Virus record (IMG/VR): IMGVR_UViG_3300042544_003430
Strand: one strand, 5' to 3'
Length of the DNA stretch: 64,000 nucleotides
Origin: a virus
Taxonomy: Duplodnaviria; Heunggongvirae; Uroviricota; Caudoviricetes
How positions within the stretch are numbered: the stretch's first letter is position 1; every line of letters begins with the position of its first letter. A model generated the notes under the pieces. That model made no database searches and was not told where the DNA came from. It saw only the letters and a list, made by a program, of their open reading frames with translations. Shown here one piece after another: positions 1 to 7,899 of this stretch. A program made the position numbers and the translations under genes.

Positions 1-48
1 TAGAGAAGATAGAAGGCAGAAACATTTACCTAAAGACAAGAGTTTAAC

Positions 49-282
49 ATGAGCAATAAAAAGCAAACCGCAGTAGACTTCCTGGTCGAACAGCTGCTAA
101 AGAAAAGTGATATCCAGTACATCAATGGTTTTGAAGCTTTAGTCGAACAAGCCAAAGCAATGGAGGAAAATCAGCACCAAATAACTTTTGATATGGGCTA
201 CGAAGAGCATATTGTTGAAACCTGGGGAGAAGAAGACCCTAAAGGATTTAAAGACTATTTTACCGAGACCTATAAGAGCTAA
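49..282 (+). CDS. hypothetical protein (77 aa)
   Basis: ORF with ATG start and A-rich leader; no recognisable domain. Confidence 0.4.
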   Translation: MSNKKQTAVDFLVEQLLKKSDIQYINGFEALVEQAKAMEENQHQITFDMGYEEHIVETWGEEDPKGFKDYFTETYKS

Positions 283-283
283 C

Positions 284-292
284 CCGTATATT
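284..292 (+). promoter_or_regulatory. conserved upstream motif A (CCGTATATT) 6 nt before ATG of 298
   Basis: One of about 15 copies of gACCGTATATT(c/t)(a/t)AT found just upstream of start codons in this window. Confidence 0.5.
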
Positions 293-297
293 CTAAT

Positions 298-615
298 ATG
301 AACAAAGAATTTGTCCCTTACGAAGAAGCATTAGCCTTAAAAGAATTAGGGTTTGATGAACCTTGTTTTGGTTATTATGAACCTAATAAAGAGTTTGAGT
401 ACATAAATTGGGAAACATTCAAAGATTTTCCATATCTTGCAAAAAATAGTGAATGGCAAGATTTATGTGGAGCACCACTCTACCAACAAGCATTCAGATG
501 GTTATACCAAAAATTAGATATTGAAAAGGGGGTAATGCCTTTAGATATTGAAGCTCAACAAATGTTACTAAAAGAATTAATACTAAAAGAATTAATTCAA
601 ACTCTAAAGAAGTAA
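298..615 (+). CDS. hypothetical protein (105 aa)
   Basis: ORF directly downstream of motif A. Confidence 0.45.
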   Translation: MNKEFVPYEEALALKELGFDEPCFGYYEPNKEFEYINWETFKDFPYLAKNSEWQDLCGAPLYQQAFRWLYQKLDIEKGVMPLDIEAQQMLLKELILKELIQTLKK

Positions 616-627
616 CTTCATAATCGA

Positions 628-636
628 CCGTATATT
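628..636 (+). promoter_or_regulatory. motif A (gaCCGTATATTctaat) upstream of 642
   Basis: Same 15-nt sequence as upstream of 298 and 6954. Confidence 0.5.
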
Positions 637-641
637 CTAAT

Positions 642-956
642 ATGAACAACCAAACACCAACTCAAGACACTTACATGGGAAGATCAGTTACCAAGAGAGT
701 AACCATCCCAGCCCAGGAAGGCGACTTCCAAACCTACCGCATGGCGGAGGACATCCTCGAAGGCCAAGGTCATCGCATCGGCAGCATGTGTTCACCTGAG
801 CCAACCGGCTTTGCTCCAGCAGAGGAGTTCGAGTACATCGCAAAGATGAGAAACATCTCTCCATCTGAGAGACAACTACTTCACGGGGTCATAGCCAGAA
901 AAGGCGGGGACTTCAGAAACGGCGACCTTGAAATTATTTACTTCCAAACCAAATAA
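642..956 (+). CDS. hypothetical protein (104 aa)
   Basis: ORF downstream of motif A. Confidence 0.45.
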   Translation: MNNQTPTQDTYMGRSVTKRVTIPAQEGDFQTYRMAEDILEGQGHRIGSMCSPEPTGFAPAEEFEYIAKMRNISPSERQLLHGVIARKGGDFRNGDLEIIYFQTK

Positions 957-965
957 TTTAAGACC

Positions 966-1223
966 ATGAGCAACTCAATTTTAAAAGTCATCTTAGGGGT
1001 AACCATCTTCTTCTTCATCTTAGTCGTCTTCACAGCCTGCGAAAAGCAAGCTCAATCCTCAACCATCAAAGGCCACAACATCGAAGTCGAATTCCTCTTC
1101 GAGCAAGACTCAGTCAAGGTCTACAGATTCTATGATGGTTCATACCACTACTTCACCACCAGAGGCGAGACCATGAGCACAAAGACTACAGGCAAAACCT
1201 CCCACCAGGAGAACATCAAATAA
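966..1223 (+). CDS. small membrane protein (N-terminal TM helix)
   Basis: Hydrophobic stretch ILKVILGVTIFFFILVVFTA near the N-terminus. Confidence 0.4.
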   Translation: MSNSILKVILGVTIFFFILVVFTACEKQAQSSTIKGHNIEVEFLFEQDSVKVYRFYDGSYHYFTTRGETMSTKTTGKTSHQENIK

Positions 1224-1616
1224 AGACATTGTGTGTGTTGTTAAACTTAGGTCCCTCCGGGGACCTTTGTTGTGGAGTAGGGGCTAGTAAAAGGACCCCT
1301 CCAGGGTCTGTGTGTAATAGAGAGGGCCCTCCAGGGAGTGGAGGGGGACCTAATTAGGGGTCCTATTAGGGGGTTAAGGGCCCCTTATATAAGGGGTACC
1401 TTGGAGGGGGTCCTGTAACGCTGAGGGGACCCCTACAGGGGAGATTCAAGGGGGGGCCTCACGTAGGGGGTCTGTTGGTGGCAGGTCCAGACGCTCAGCG
1501 AAGTCCAATTGGATTTCCAGGTAGTCCACTTGGGATTCTTCATAGCTTTCCTAGTCTTTCCTGGTCTTTCCTGGTTCTCCACCCTAATCTCCTTCCACAG
1601 TAGAATATATAGGCAC
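1224..1616. repeat. GC-rich island with clustered GGNCC/GGGNCCC palindromes and hairpins
   Basis: Contains aGGTCCCtccgGGGACCt and CCCCTTATATAAGGGG (perfect palindrome) plus many GGGACC, GGTCCC and GGGCCC copies in an otherwise AT-rich genome. Intergenic, upstream of a family gene. Confidence 0.5.
1603..1613 (+). promoter_or_regulatory. motif B (GAATATATAGG) 4 nt upstream of ATG 1617
   Basis: TATA-like GGATATATA(A/G)G motif immediately before several start codons. Confidence 0.4.
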
Positions 1617-2417
1617 ATGAAGCACATCCTAGCCTTTCCCCTATTTGAATCCGTGTCCTTGACTCAAGACCAGAAAGTCTTTCTGGAAATGTGTATGGAG
1701 AACACCAATCTCAATTCCAAGTTTGTCCAAGACCCTGCAACAGGCAAGGTGACAACTCTGGGCAAATTCGATGCCCAGTACTATTACGAATCAAGACCAA
1801 ACTCCGATAAGCAGAAGATCAGGGATCTGTTTAACTCCATTCCCTTTGGAGTAGCAGAAGGGAACTTCTCAGTCAGAGGGATGTACTTGGACGCTATGGT
1901 CAATTTCCCATCTTCAGTAGAAGGAACTTTGTCCCTCAGCAGGAACTCCCTGCTAACCTTGGAGGGAATACCTAAGATGATCTATAAGGATTTGAGTCTT
2001 GAAGACAATCACCTCATCTCTCTAGAAGGCATGGAAGAGACAGAAGTTAGAGGAACCATCTGGTTTGCAGACAACTGGATCAGAGGTCTCTGGTTGAGAG
2101 AAGATCTGACCAGAGCCAAAGCCATTGGCACTTGGGTTCCAATCTATCTGGACATCCTCTCAGGAGAGACCTCGTTCAGTGGGATTCCAAATCCCAACGA
2201 GCAGGAAGAGGCAAAGGCATTCATCATGGAGAAGAAGACGACAAAGGCTCAGATGGAAGAAGCCATCAGGGTGGCACCAGCAGAGATGACTGTGGCTCTC
2301 AGCAGAAAGCGGACTATGCCTCAGGAGATGCAAGATCTACTTCCGACACTGAATGTTCCTGAAGGATTCTGGGATGCTCCTGATCTCATGGGGGATCTGG
2401 AGGGAGTAGGACTGTAG
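1617..2417 (+). CDS. MKH/VGL family protein with leucine-rich-repeat-like segment, C-terminal DLEGVGL
   Basis: Start moved to in-frame ATG at 1617 (MKHILAFPLFES), which matches the paralog N-termini. Repeats of the form LxxLEGxP. C-terminus is ...MGDLEGVGL. Confidence 0.55.
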   Translation: MKHILAFPLFESVSLTQDQKVFLEMCMENTNLNSKFVQDPATGKVTTLGKFDAQYYYESRPNSDKQKIRDLFNSIPFGVAEGNFSVRGMYLDAMVNFPSSVEGTLSLSRNSLLTLEGIPKMIYKDLSLEDNHLISLEGMEETEVRGTIWFADNWIRGLWLREDLTRAKAIGTWVPIYLDILSGETSFSGIPNPNEQEEAKAFIMEKKTTKAQMEEAIRVAPAEMTVALSRKRTMPQEMQDLLPTLNVPEGFWDAPDLMGDLEGVGL

Positions 2418-2436
2418 ATGTTTCCGTACCAGTGAG

Positions 2437-2446
2437 GGATATATAA
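2437..2446 (+). promoter_or_regulatory. motif B (GGATATATAA) upstream of 2465
   Basis: gggatatataaacc 18 nt before ATG. Confidence 0.4.
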
Positions 2447-2464
2447 ACCAAAATTTAACACCCA

Positions 2465-3076
2465 ATGGCAACACTAAAAGAATTCTTAACTATGAGAGAG
2501 AACATGGAAATCCAAGCAATTGAGGTTCCTGGTCTTGAACTGCCTGCTCAGACTTCCGAGCCTGTAGTAGTAGGATCAGGAGTGCCTAAACCAAAGACTC
2601 TGTCATCAGAGATCATCTCGGCTTTAGAAGCAAGACTCAAAGATGAATACACAGCTCACTACACATACCGTAACGCAGCCAACTGGTGCAAGAACATGAA
2701 CTATAAGGCAGCAGCAGCCTACTTCGAAGGCGAAGCAGCAGAGGAGTTAGAACACGCAGCTGGACTTCAGGATTACATGACCCAGTGGAACTGTTTACCA
2801 CAGATCCCACCTGTAACTGTGCCTAACGAGTTTACCTCTCTTGTGCATATCATAGGACATGCCTACACTATCGAGTATGATCTGCTTCAGAAGTACTCTG
2901 CACTTCAAAGGGCCTTTGATGCTGCTCATCCTGCTACATTCAATTTCATTCAGAAGTATGTAGACATTCAGAATGAGTCTGTTGCTAGCTACTCTGATCT
3001 CCTAAATGCTCTTGAGCTCATTAACATTGATTCCAAGCTAGACATTCTAATCTTCGAAGGAAGATATTTCGGATAA
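2465..3076 (+). CDS. ferritin-like diiron protein
   Basis: YTYRNAANWC...AAYFEGEAAEELEHAAGL and ATFNFIQKYVDIQNES match non-heme ferritin helix B/C signatures (WC...A.EE.EHA..L and ATFNFLQWYV.EQ.EE). Confidence 0.65.
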   Translation: MATLKEFLTMRENMEIQAIEVPGLELPAQTSEPVVVGSGVPKPKTLSSEIISALEARLKDEYTAHYTYRNAANWCKNMNYKAAAAYFEGEAAEELEHAAGLQDYMTQWNCLPQIPPVTVPNEFTSLVHIIGHAYTIEYDLLQKYSALQRAFDAAHPATFNFIQKYVDIQNESVASYSDLLNALELINIDSKLDILIFEGRYFG

Positions 3077-3098
3077 TCTTATAACACAAACACAACAC

Positions 3099-3134
3099 GA
3101 AGGTGTCTCTACTAGGGGCACCTTCTTTGTGTGT
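3099..3134 (+). terminator. intrinsic terminator-like hairpin plus T-run
   Basis: GAAGGTG-tctctactagggg-CACCTTC followed by tttgtgtgt, just after the 2465-3076 stop. Confidence 0.45.
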
Positions 3135-3288
3135 CCTAGTCTTATATGTAGAATGGATTGGGGTGCCGCCGGGAGGGGATGTAAACCCAAAATTTGGGCC
3201 TGAGCTTGGGAGGCCCTAGGGGGATCGGGAGCAAAACTCAGGGGCAGGGCCCAGCGCGCTTTAAAGCACATGATTGACATTGCCTGCA
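3135..3288. repeat. second GC-rich island upstream of a family gene
   Basis: Local G/C runs (ggggtgccgccgggagggg, gggccctaggggg, gggcagggcccagcgcgc), unlike the flanking AT-rich sequence. Confidence 0.4.
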
Positions 3289-3300
3289 GGGATATATAAG
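3289..3300 (+). promoter_or_regulatory. motif B (GGGATATATAAG) 3 nt upstream of ATG 3304
   Basis: Same motif as upstream of 4145, 5041 and 34171. Confidence 0.45.
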
Positions 3301-3303
3301 CGA

Positions 3304-4131
3304 ATGAAGCACTTGCAGACATATAGCATCTTTGAATCCAAGACGGTACTGACTGAAGACCAGGAGACGTTCTTGTCTCTCTTCGTCGAACCTCTTGAGA
3401 ATTCGAAGGGGATGCCTGGGACTTGGTCCGTCAACCCAAAAACCGGCTTGGTTGACGTCAATGGAAACTTTGAGTGCCCACAAAGGGGATTGAAGGACTT
3501 TAAGGGAATCTCCTTTGGCCATGTGAGTGGAGCCTTTGACTGCGATCGAAACGAACTTGTCAGCTTGAAGGGTGCACCTCAGTTGGTGAGAGATTTCTCC
3601 TGCGATCGAAATGACCTTGTCAGTCTCGAGGGAGCACCTCAGTTTGTCAGGGGAGGCTTCTACTGCAACACCAATAGGCTGAAGAACTTAAAAGGTGGCC
3701 CGGTAGAAGTGGGAGGGGATTTCTCCTGCGTTGGCAATGACCTCAAGACCTTGGAGGGAAGTCCAAGAACGGTGGGAGGGGATTTCTACTGCTATTCAAA
3801 TTCAACTTCTCTTATCTCTTTAGCAGGGGCTCCAGAAACAATCGGTGGGACTTTTCACTGCGACTGGTTTGAACTTTCCAACTGGGGGGTTCCTGGCCTG
3901 CTGGAGACCATCAAGAAGGTCAACCCCAAAGCTCAGAAGATGATTTTGGACCTCCTGACTCCTGAGAAAATACAGCAGACGATTGACAGAGAGCCTGAGA
4001 AGATGGCTGTTGAATTAAAGGGGGTTTGGAAGACCCTGAAGGCGGATCCAAAATATGCAGGGCTAAAATTTCCAGAAGGAATCCAAGGGGATGCAGAGAT
4101 GCTGTCAGACCTGGACGACGTTGGTCTTTAA
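3304..4131 (+). CDS. MKH/VGL family protein with about 7 BspA-like leucine-rich repeats, C-terminal DLDDVGL
   Basis: Start set at the MKHLQTYSIFES ATG. Clear 22-aa tandem repeats of the form FxCxxNxLxSLEGAPxxVxGD. Ends ...LSDLDDVGL. Confidence 0.6.
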   Translation: MKHLQTYSIFESKTVLTEDQETFLSLFVEPLENSKGMPGTWSVNPKTGLVDVNGNFECPQRGLKDFKGISFGHVSGAFDCDRNELVSLKGAPQLVRDFSCDRNDLVSLEGAPQFVRGGFYCNTNRLKNLKGGPVEVGGDFSCVGNDLKTLEGSPRTVGGDFYCYSNSTSLISLAGAPETIGGTFHCDWFELSNWGVPGLLETIKKVNPKAQKMILDLLTPEKIQQTIDREPEKMAVELKGVWKTLKADPKYAGLKFPEGIQGDAEMLSDLDDVGL

Positions 4132-4142
4132 GGATATATAAG
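4132..4142 (+). promoter_or_regulatory. motif B (GGATATATAAG) upstream of 4145
   Basis: aaggatatataagacATG. Confidence 0.45.
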
Positions 4143-4144
4143 AC

Positions 4145-5029
4145 ATGAAGCACCTACAAACTTATCGTCGATTTGAATCTCAGCATGCCCTGAATGAAGG
4201 GGATGAATATCGCAAGATGAACATGGACTACCTCTTGAACAAATTTACTCGAGTTCCAAACAACGGGAAGTTGTACAACCCTTCGGAGGAAGACTTTGCA
4301 GATCTGCCTTGGTATCAAGCCTTGAAGGGGGCATTTCCAGATTTCAAACTGGAGAGGGTCAGAAAGAAAGGGAATGGCTACTCTTGGTTCTTCCCTGGGC
4401 CAAAACCCAAACCTCAGGCTTTCTACGAGGTTTTCAGAGAAGGTGACAGAGACTCCCCCTCTGAAGAGCCGGCCAAGATTGTATTCAACAACGATTTAAT
4501 GACTTCATCTCAGACGTTCACAATTTTACTCAACGATAAAGAGTCTTGGAATGAGCTCTTTAAGCTGCTCTATTTTGCCCAGTTTGAAGGAAAAATATCA
4601 GGACCTACTTGGAGGGGATTAAAACACATTATGGAACTCTTCTCTTCGGATTTGGAGTCTTTTTACAAGACCGGAAATCTGGGAATAGTTGGAGTGAAAA
4701 AGGATTGCAACCCTTATGGAGGACACTACGAGTCCTCAGTTGATTTTCTGAAGAACCTTCCTTATGGCATCTTTGATGATCTGAAGGCTGGATTTGTCAA
4801 GAAGATGAAAGAAGATCCTGCGGAGATTCAGTATGCAATTTCTCAGTGTCAACTTCCGAAAGGAACAGCAGAGACCGTATTTGGCACAGCTAGACTCTAC
4901 CCAGAAAATGAGGTGCTGAACTTCTACAATCTGATGAAGCAAGAAGGTTATGTTCCACCGGCCGGATTTGACGAAGAAACTGGGGAAATTTCAGATATAC
5001 ACAAATCTCTAGGGGACATCGGTCTGTAG
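4145..5029 (+). CDS. MKH/VGL family protein (C-terminal ...LGDIGL)
   Basis: N-terminus MKHLQTYRRFES, C-terminus SLGDIGL, paralogous to neighbours. Confidence 0.5.
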   Translation: MKHLQTYRRFESQHALNEGDEYRKMNMDYLLNKFTRVPNNGKLYNPSEEDFADLPWYQALKGAFPDFKLERVRKKGNGYSWFFPGPKPKPQAFYEVFREGDRDSPSEEPAKIVFNNDLMTSSQTFTILLNDKESWNELFKLLYFAQFEGKISGPTWRGLKHIMELFSSDLESFYKTGNLGIVGVKKDCNPYGGHYESSVDFLKNLPYGIFDDLKAGFVKKMKEDPAEIQYAISQCQLPKGTAETVFGTARLYPENEVLNFYNLMKQEGYVPPAGFDEETGEISDIHKSLGDIGL

Positions 5030-5038
5030 CATATAAGG
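5029..5038 (+). promoter_or_regulatory. motif B variant (GCATATAAGG) upstream of 5041
   Basis: agcatataaggacATG. Confidence 0.35.
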
Positions 5039-5040
5039 AC

Positions 5041-5619
5041 ATGAAGCACATAAAACTATTTGAAGACTACTCAGACGAAGATTTAGCAGGACTAATGTCC
5101 GATCTAGATGGGGTTGGTCTTATGAATAAAGTAATTGTTAGCTTCGGGGAAAAAATTCCAATTCCTCAAGAGGTGACCCATCCATCTTGGTGGGCAGAGC
5201 CTTGGGGGAAATTTGCCATCGTGGAGATTTACACTCCAGAGAAAGGTCCAAAGGCAGAACAACTGGCTTTCGAAAAAATTAAAAAGGGAGACTTCACTCA
5301 AGATTTATCGAAATTAGATACTGATGCTTACAAGAACAGAATTTCCAACATTCTGAAGTTTTTTAGTTCGGAGAGAATTCAGAAGGAAGCTCAAGAATCT
5401 CGGGACGTGGTGGAATTCAAAACTCGAATTCACGAAAAGTCGGGACAGATCCTATTTAACGAATGGGAAGGTATAGTCGAGAAATATCTCGAAGGAAAAT
5501 CTGAAGATTATGCGAAAGAATTTTTCAACACGCTTTGGAAATCCACCCCCAAATCAGCCAAGCAAGAGATTGCCGGATCCACAGCAATAAAAGTTTTGCA
5601 AACCGAAGTAAATAAATGA
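5041..5619 (+). CDS. MKH/VGL family protein (N-terminal MKHIKLFEDYSDE + DLDGVGL)
   Basis: First 40 nt identical to the next gene. DLDGVGL motif at residues 21-27. Confidence 0.5.
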   Translation: MKHIKLFEDYSDEDLAGLMSDLDGVGLMNKVIVSFGEKIPIPQEVTHPSWWAEPWGKFAIVEIYTPEKGPKAEQLAFEKIKKGDFTQDLSKLDTDAYKNRISNILKFFSSERIQKEAQESRDVVEFKTRIHEKSGQILFNEWEGIVEKYLEGKSEDYAKEFFNTLWKSTPKSAKQEIAGSTAIKVLQTEVNK

Positions 5620-6188
5620 AGCACATAAAACTATTTGAAGACTACTCAGACGAAGAAATCAAGTCCCTCATGGGGGACCTTGCCGAGGTTGGTCTGGGAA
5701 AGAAATGGAGGGTTGTTGGATCAATATCCACAGTTACCCCAGAAGTCAACTACTATAGAAACTGGGAAGAACAAGTCCATGAGGTTTTCATTGTGGAAGT
5801 TGCTGCAGATTCAGAGAAGACGGCATATTTAGAGGCCTTTGAAAAACTTAAATCTGGAGACTTCACTCAGAAACTTTCAGATGAAATGGAAAAATGGAAT
5901 AACGTTCTGAATAAAATTCCAGAGGTGGGAAAAATTCTTTCCAAAGACAACATCATCAAAGCTGCTAATGGAAAGGCAAATCAGCAGCCAATGGAGAGGA
6001 AGGACATTACAGGAAATCCAATCTATGACGGAAAAATTAGATGGGTCATGACTGTTGATCTTGTGGGTCCGACTGAAGAGGCAATTCTAAATAAGATAAA
6101 GTCCATGACAGGAGGTGTTGTTAGCCCAGAGATGGAGGAATTTGTTAACGAAAATGTGGGTTGGAACTTAAGAGCAGAAGAAATATGA
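5616..6188 (+). CDS. MKH/VGL family protein, tandem paralog of 5041
   Basis: ATGA start/stop overlap. MKHIKLFEDYSDEEIKSLMGDLAEVGL. Shared FEK(I/L)K(K/S)GDFTQ block. Confidence 0.5.
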   Translation: MKHIKLFEDYSDEEIKSLMGDLAEVGLGKKWRVVGSISTVTPEVNYYRNWEEQVHEVFIVEVAADSEKTAYLEAFEKLKSGDFTQKLSDEMEKWNNVLNKIPEVGKILSKDNIIKAANGKANQQPMERKDITGNPIYDGKIRWVMTVDLVGPTEEAILNKIKSMTGGVVSPEMEEFVNENVGWNLRAEEI

Positions 6189-6258
6189 GACGCTTAAAGT
6201 CATATAAAATATTCGAGGCTAATAAGCCTACAAGTCTATAACAATCGAAATTTATTTA

Positions 6259-6267
6259 CCGTATCTT
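6259..6267 (+). promoter_or_regulatory. motif A variant (CCGTATCTT) upstream of 6281
   Basis: accgtatctttctataacataatATG. Confidence 0.3.
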
Positions 6268-6280
6268 TCTATAACATAAT

Positions 6281-6940
6281 ATGGAAGATCAAGAATTGTG
6301 GGATCTCATGGGAGACCTTGAAGACGTTGGGCTTGGAGATAGTATCACCAAGGCTTATTCGATTACGGGATTTTATGAAGATGGGGAAGAGCATCTCGAC
6401 AACGACATTTTGACTGCTAATATCTTGAATGCTTTTATTGAAGTCAATGAATCAGATGGGGCTGATTTATTTCTTGACAAACTAGACGAGCCAAAATCTC
6501 CTCATATGGACCCTTTAGTTTCCTCCTGGTTTGGTGACAACTACCTTATAATCAAAGGAAACTTCACCAGGGTTAGATCAGTCGAAGAAAGGCTAAGAAA
6601 AGAGTTTGTAATCGAAAAAGAGGTTGAGCTTAAAGACTATAAAAAATTAGAGCTTAGTGGAAGTTCCGGATCTTACGGTGCGACTGGAATTTCAGGAACT
6701 CCTGGAATTTCAGGAACGACTGGATATGCTGGAACTACCACGGTTGTATATTCTTCCCCAGGATTGAGCGGGTCTTGGTCCACCTCAGGAGTAACGGTTT
6801 CTGTCTCAACTCCAAAGATGATCCAAACTTCTGTCAAGATCGAAATGCCGATCAGGGAGCTAAAAGATCCACCAGAAGATGAGGTTGAGACCTACGGACA
6901 TCCTCTTTGGGAAAAGATTAAAGGTAAACTAGGATTCTAA
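6281..6940 (+). CDS. VGL-motif family protein with Gly/Ser/Thr-rich low-complexity segment
   Basis: MEDQELWDLMGDLEDVGL N-terminus. SGSSGSYGATGISGTPGISGTTGYAGTTT tract encoded by short DNA repeats. Confidence 0.45.
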   Translation: MEDQELWDLMGDLEDVGLGDSITKAYSITGFYEDGEEHLDNDILTANILNAFIEVNESDGADLFLDKLDEPKSPHMDPLVSSWFGDNYLIIKGNFTRVRSVEERLRKEFVIEKEVELKDYKKLELSGSSGSYGATGISGTPGISGTTGYAGTTTVVYSSPGLSGSWSTSGVTVSVSTPKMIQTSVKIEMPIRELKDPPEDEVETYGHPLWEKIKGKLGF

Positions 6941-6941
6941 A

Positions 6942-6950
6942 CCGTATATT
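6942..6950 (+). promoter_or_regulatory. motif A upstream of 6954
   Basis: aaCCGTATATTctaatgaatATG. Confidence 0.5.
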
Positions 6951-6953
6951 CTA

Positions 6954-7481
6954 ATGAATATGACAACTCAAGAATTTATAAAATTTTGCAAACATCAACA
7001 CGATGTAGAATGCAACCAAAAGTATGGAAAGATCCATCCTTATTCCTTTCACCTTGATCTAGTAGCTACCCAAGCTAAAAAGTTCGAAGAACTCCTAGGT
7101 GATTTTGATCTAGACCTAGATAAAACAATTATGGCATCATGCTACGGTCACGATCTGATCGAAGATGCCAGAGTTACCTACAACGATATCAAAGAAATGG
7201 TGGGAGAGAAGATCGCAGATATTATCTACTGTTGCACCGAAGAGAAAGGTAAAAACAGAGATCAAAGACACAGTGAGAAGTATTTTGCCGAACTGAAAGA
7301 AAACGAACTTGCAATCTTCGTTAAACTTTGCGACATCACTGCCAATGTTAAATATTCTCTTTTAACAGACTCTGGAATGTTTAAAAAATACAGAAAAGAA
7401 TTTCCTAAAGTTAAAGAACATCTTTACGTAGAGAAATTCAAACCCCTGTTTGACCACCTAGAATCAATCCTTTCAATCTAA
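6954..7481 (+). CDS. HD-domain phosphohydrolase-like protein
   Basis: H..H.D / FHLDLV / YGHDLIED residues spaced as in an HD metal-binding site. 175 aa. Confidence 0.45.
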   Translation: MNMTTQEFIKFCKHQHDVECNQKYGKIHPYSFHLDLVATQAKKFEELLGDFDLDLDKTIMASCYGHDLIEDARVTYNDIKEMVGEKIADIIYCCTEEKGKNRDQRHSEKYFAELKENELAIFVKLCDITANVKYSLLTDSGMFKKYRKEFPKVKEHLYVEKFKPLFDHLESILSI

Positions 7482-7485
7482 TCAT

Positions 7486-7857
7486 ATGAACCAAGAATTT
7501 TTATGGCTATTTATTCTGTTGATCCACTTCTTAGGAGACTTTGGACTTCAGACTCACGATCAAGCAACTAATAAATCCTCTAGTGACAAATGGCTATTTT
7601 ACCACGTTGGAGTTTACTCTATCATCTGGTTCCTTGCAACCTGGATTTGGTTCGGAGCTGCAGATAAAGCATTTGCTTTTGCCATCACAACTTTCGTCTT
7701 TCACTTTCTAACAGACTTTGCAACCTCTAGGATAGGTAAGCCTTTCTGGGAGAACAAGGACTTTCACAATGGATTTGTAGTGGTTGGATTCGATCAAATT
7801 CTACACTACATTCAGCTTTATTTAACTTTTTCCCTTATTTCATCTCAAATGATCTAA
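7486..7857 (+). CDS. integral membrane protein
   Basis: Multiple hydrophobic helices (FLWLFILLIHFLG, VGVYSIIWFLATWIWFG, FAFAITTFVFHFL). Confidence 0.4.
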   Translation: MNQEFLWLFILLIHFLGDFGLQTHDQATNKSSSDKWLFYHVGVYSIIWFLATWIWFGAADKAFAFAITTFVFHFLTDFATSRIGKPFWENKDFHNGFVVVGFDQILHYIQLYLTFSLISSQMI

Positions 7858-7863
7858 CTCTGA

Positions 7864-7872
7864 CCGTATATT
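7864..7872 (+). promoter_or_regulatory. motif A upstream of 7900
   Basis: tgaCCGTATATTcaataaaataac. Confidence 0.5.
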
Positions 7873-7899
7873 CAATAAAATAACAATTAAAAAAATCAA

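Noticed and set aside
1433-1627. Minus-strand 64-aa ORF and the 5' extension of the + ORF (1509-1616) across the GC-rich island
   Set aside because: Both run through palindromic GC-rich non-coding DNA. The paralog alignment shows the true start is the ATG at 1617, preceded by motif B.
2132-2362. Internal +1-frame ORF (76 aa, Gly/Ser/Arg-rich) inside 1617-2417
   Set aside because: Alternative-frame product of a real gene, with low-complexity composition.
3047-3522. Minus-strand ORFs 3047-3322, 3238-3522 and 3261-3461 over the GC island and the start of the family gene
   Set aside because: They overlap a terminator hairpin, motif B and the 5' end of a well-supported + gene, and are GC-island artefacts.
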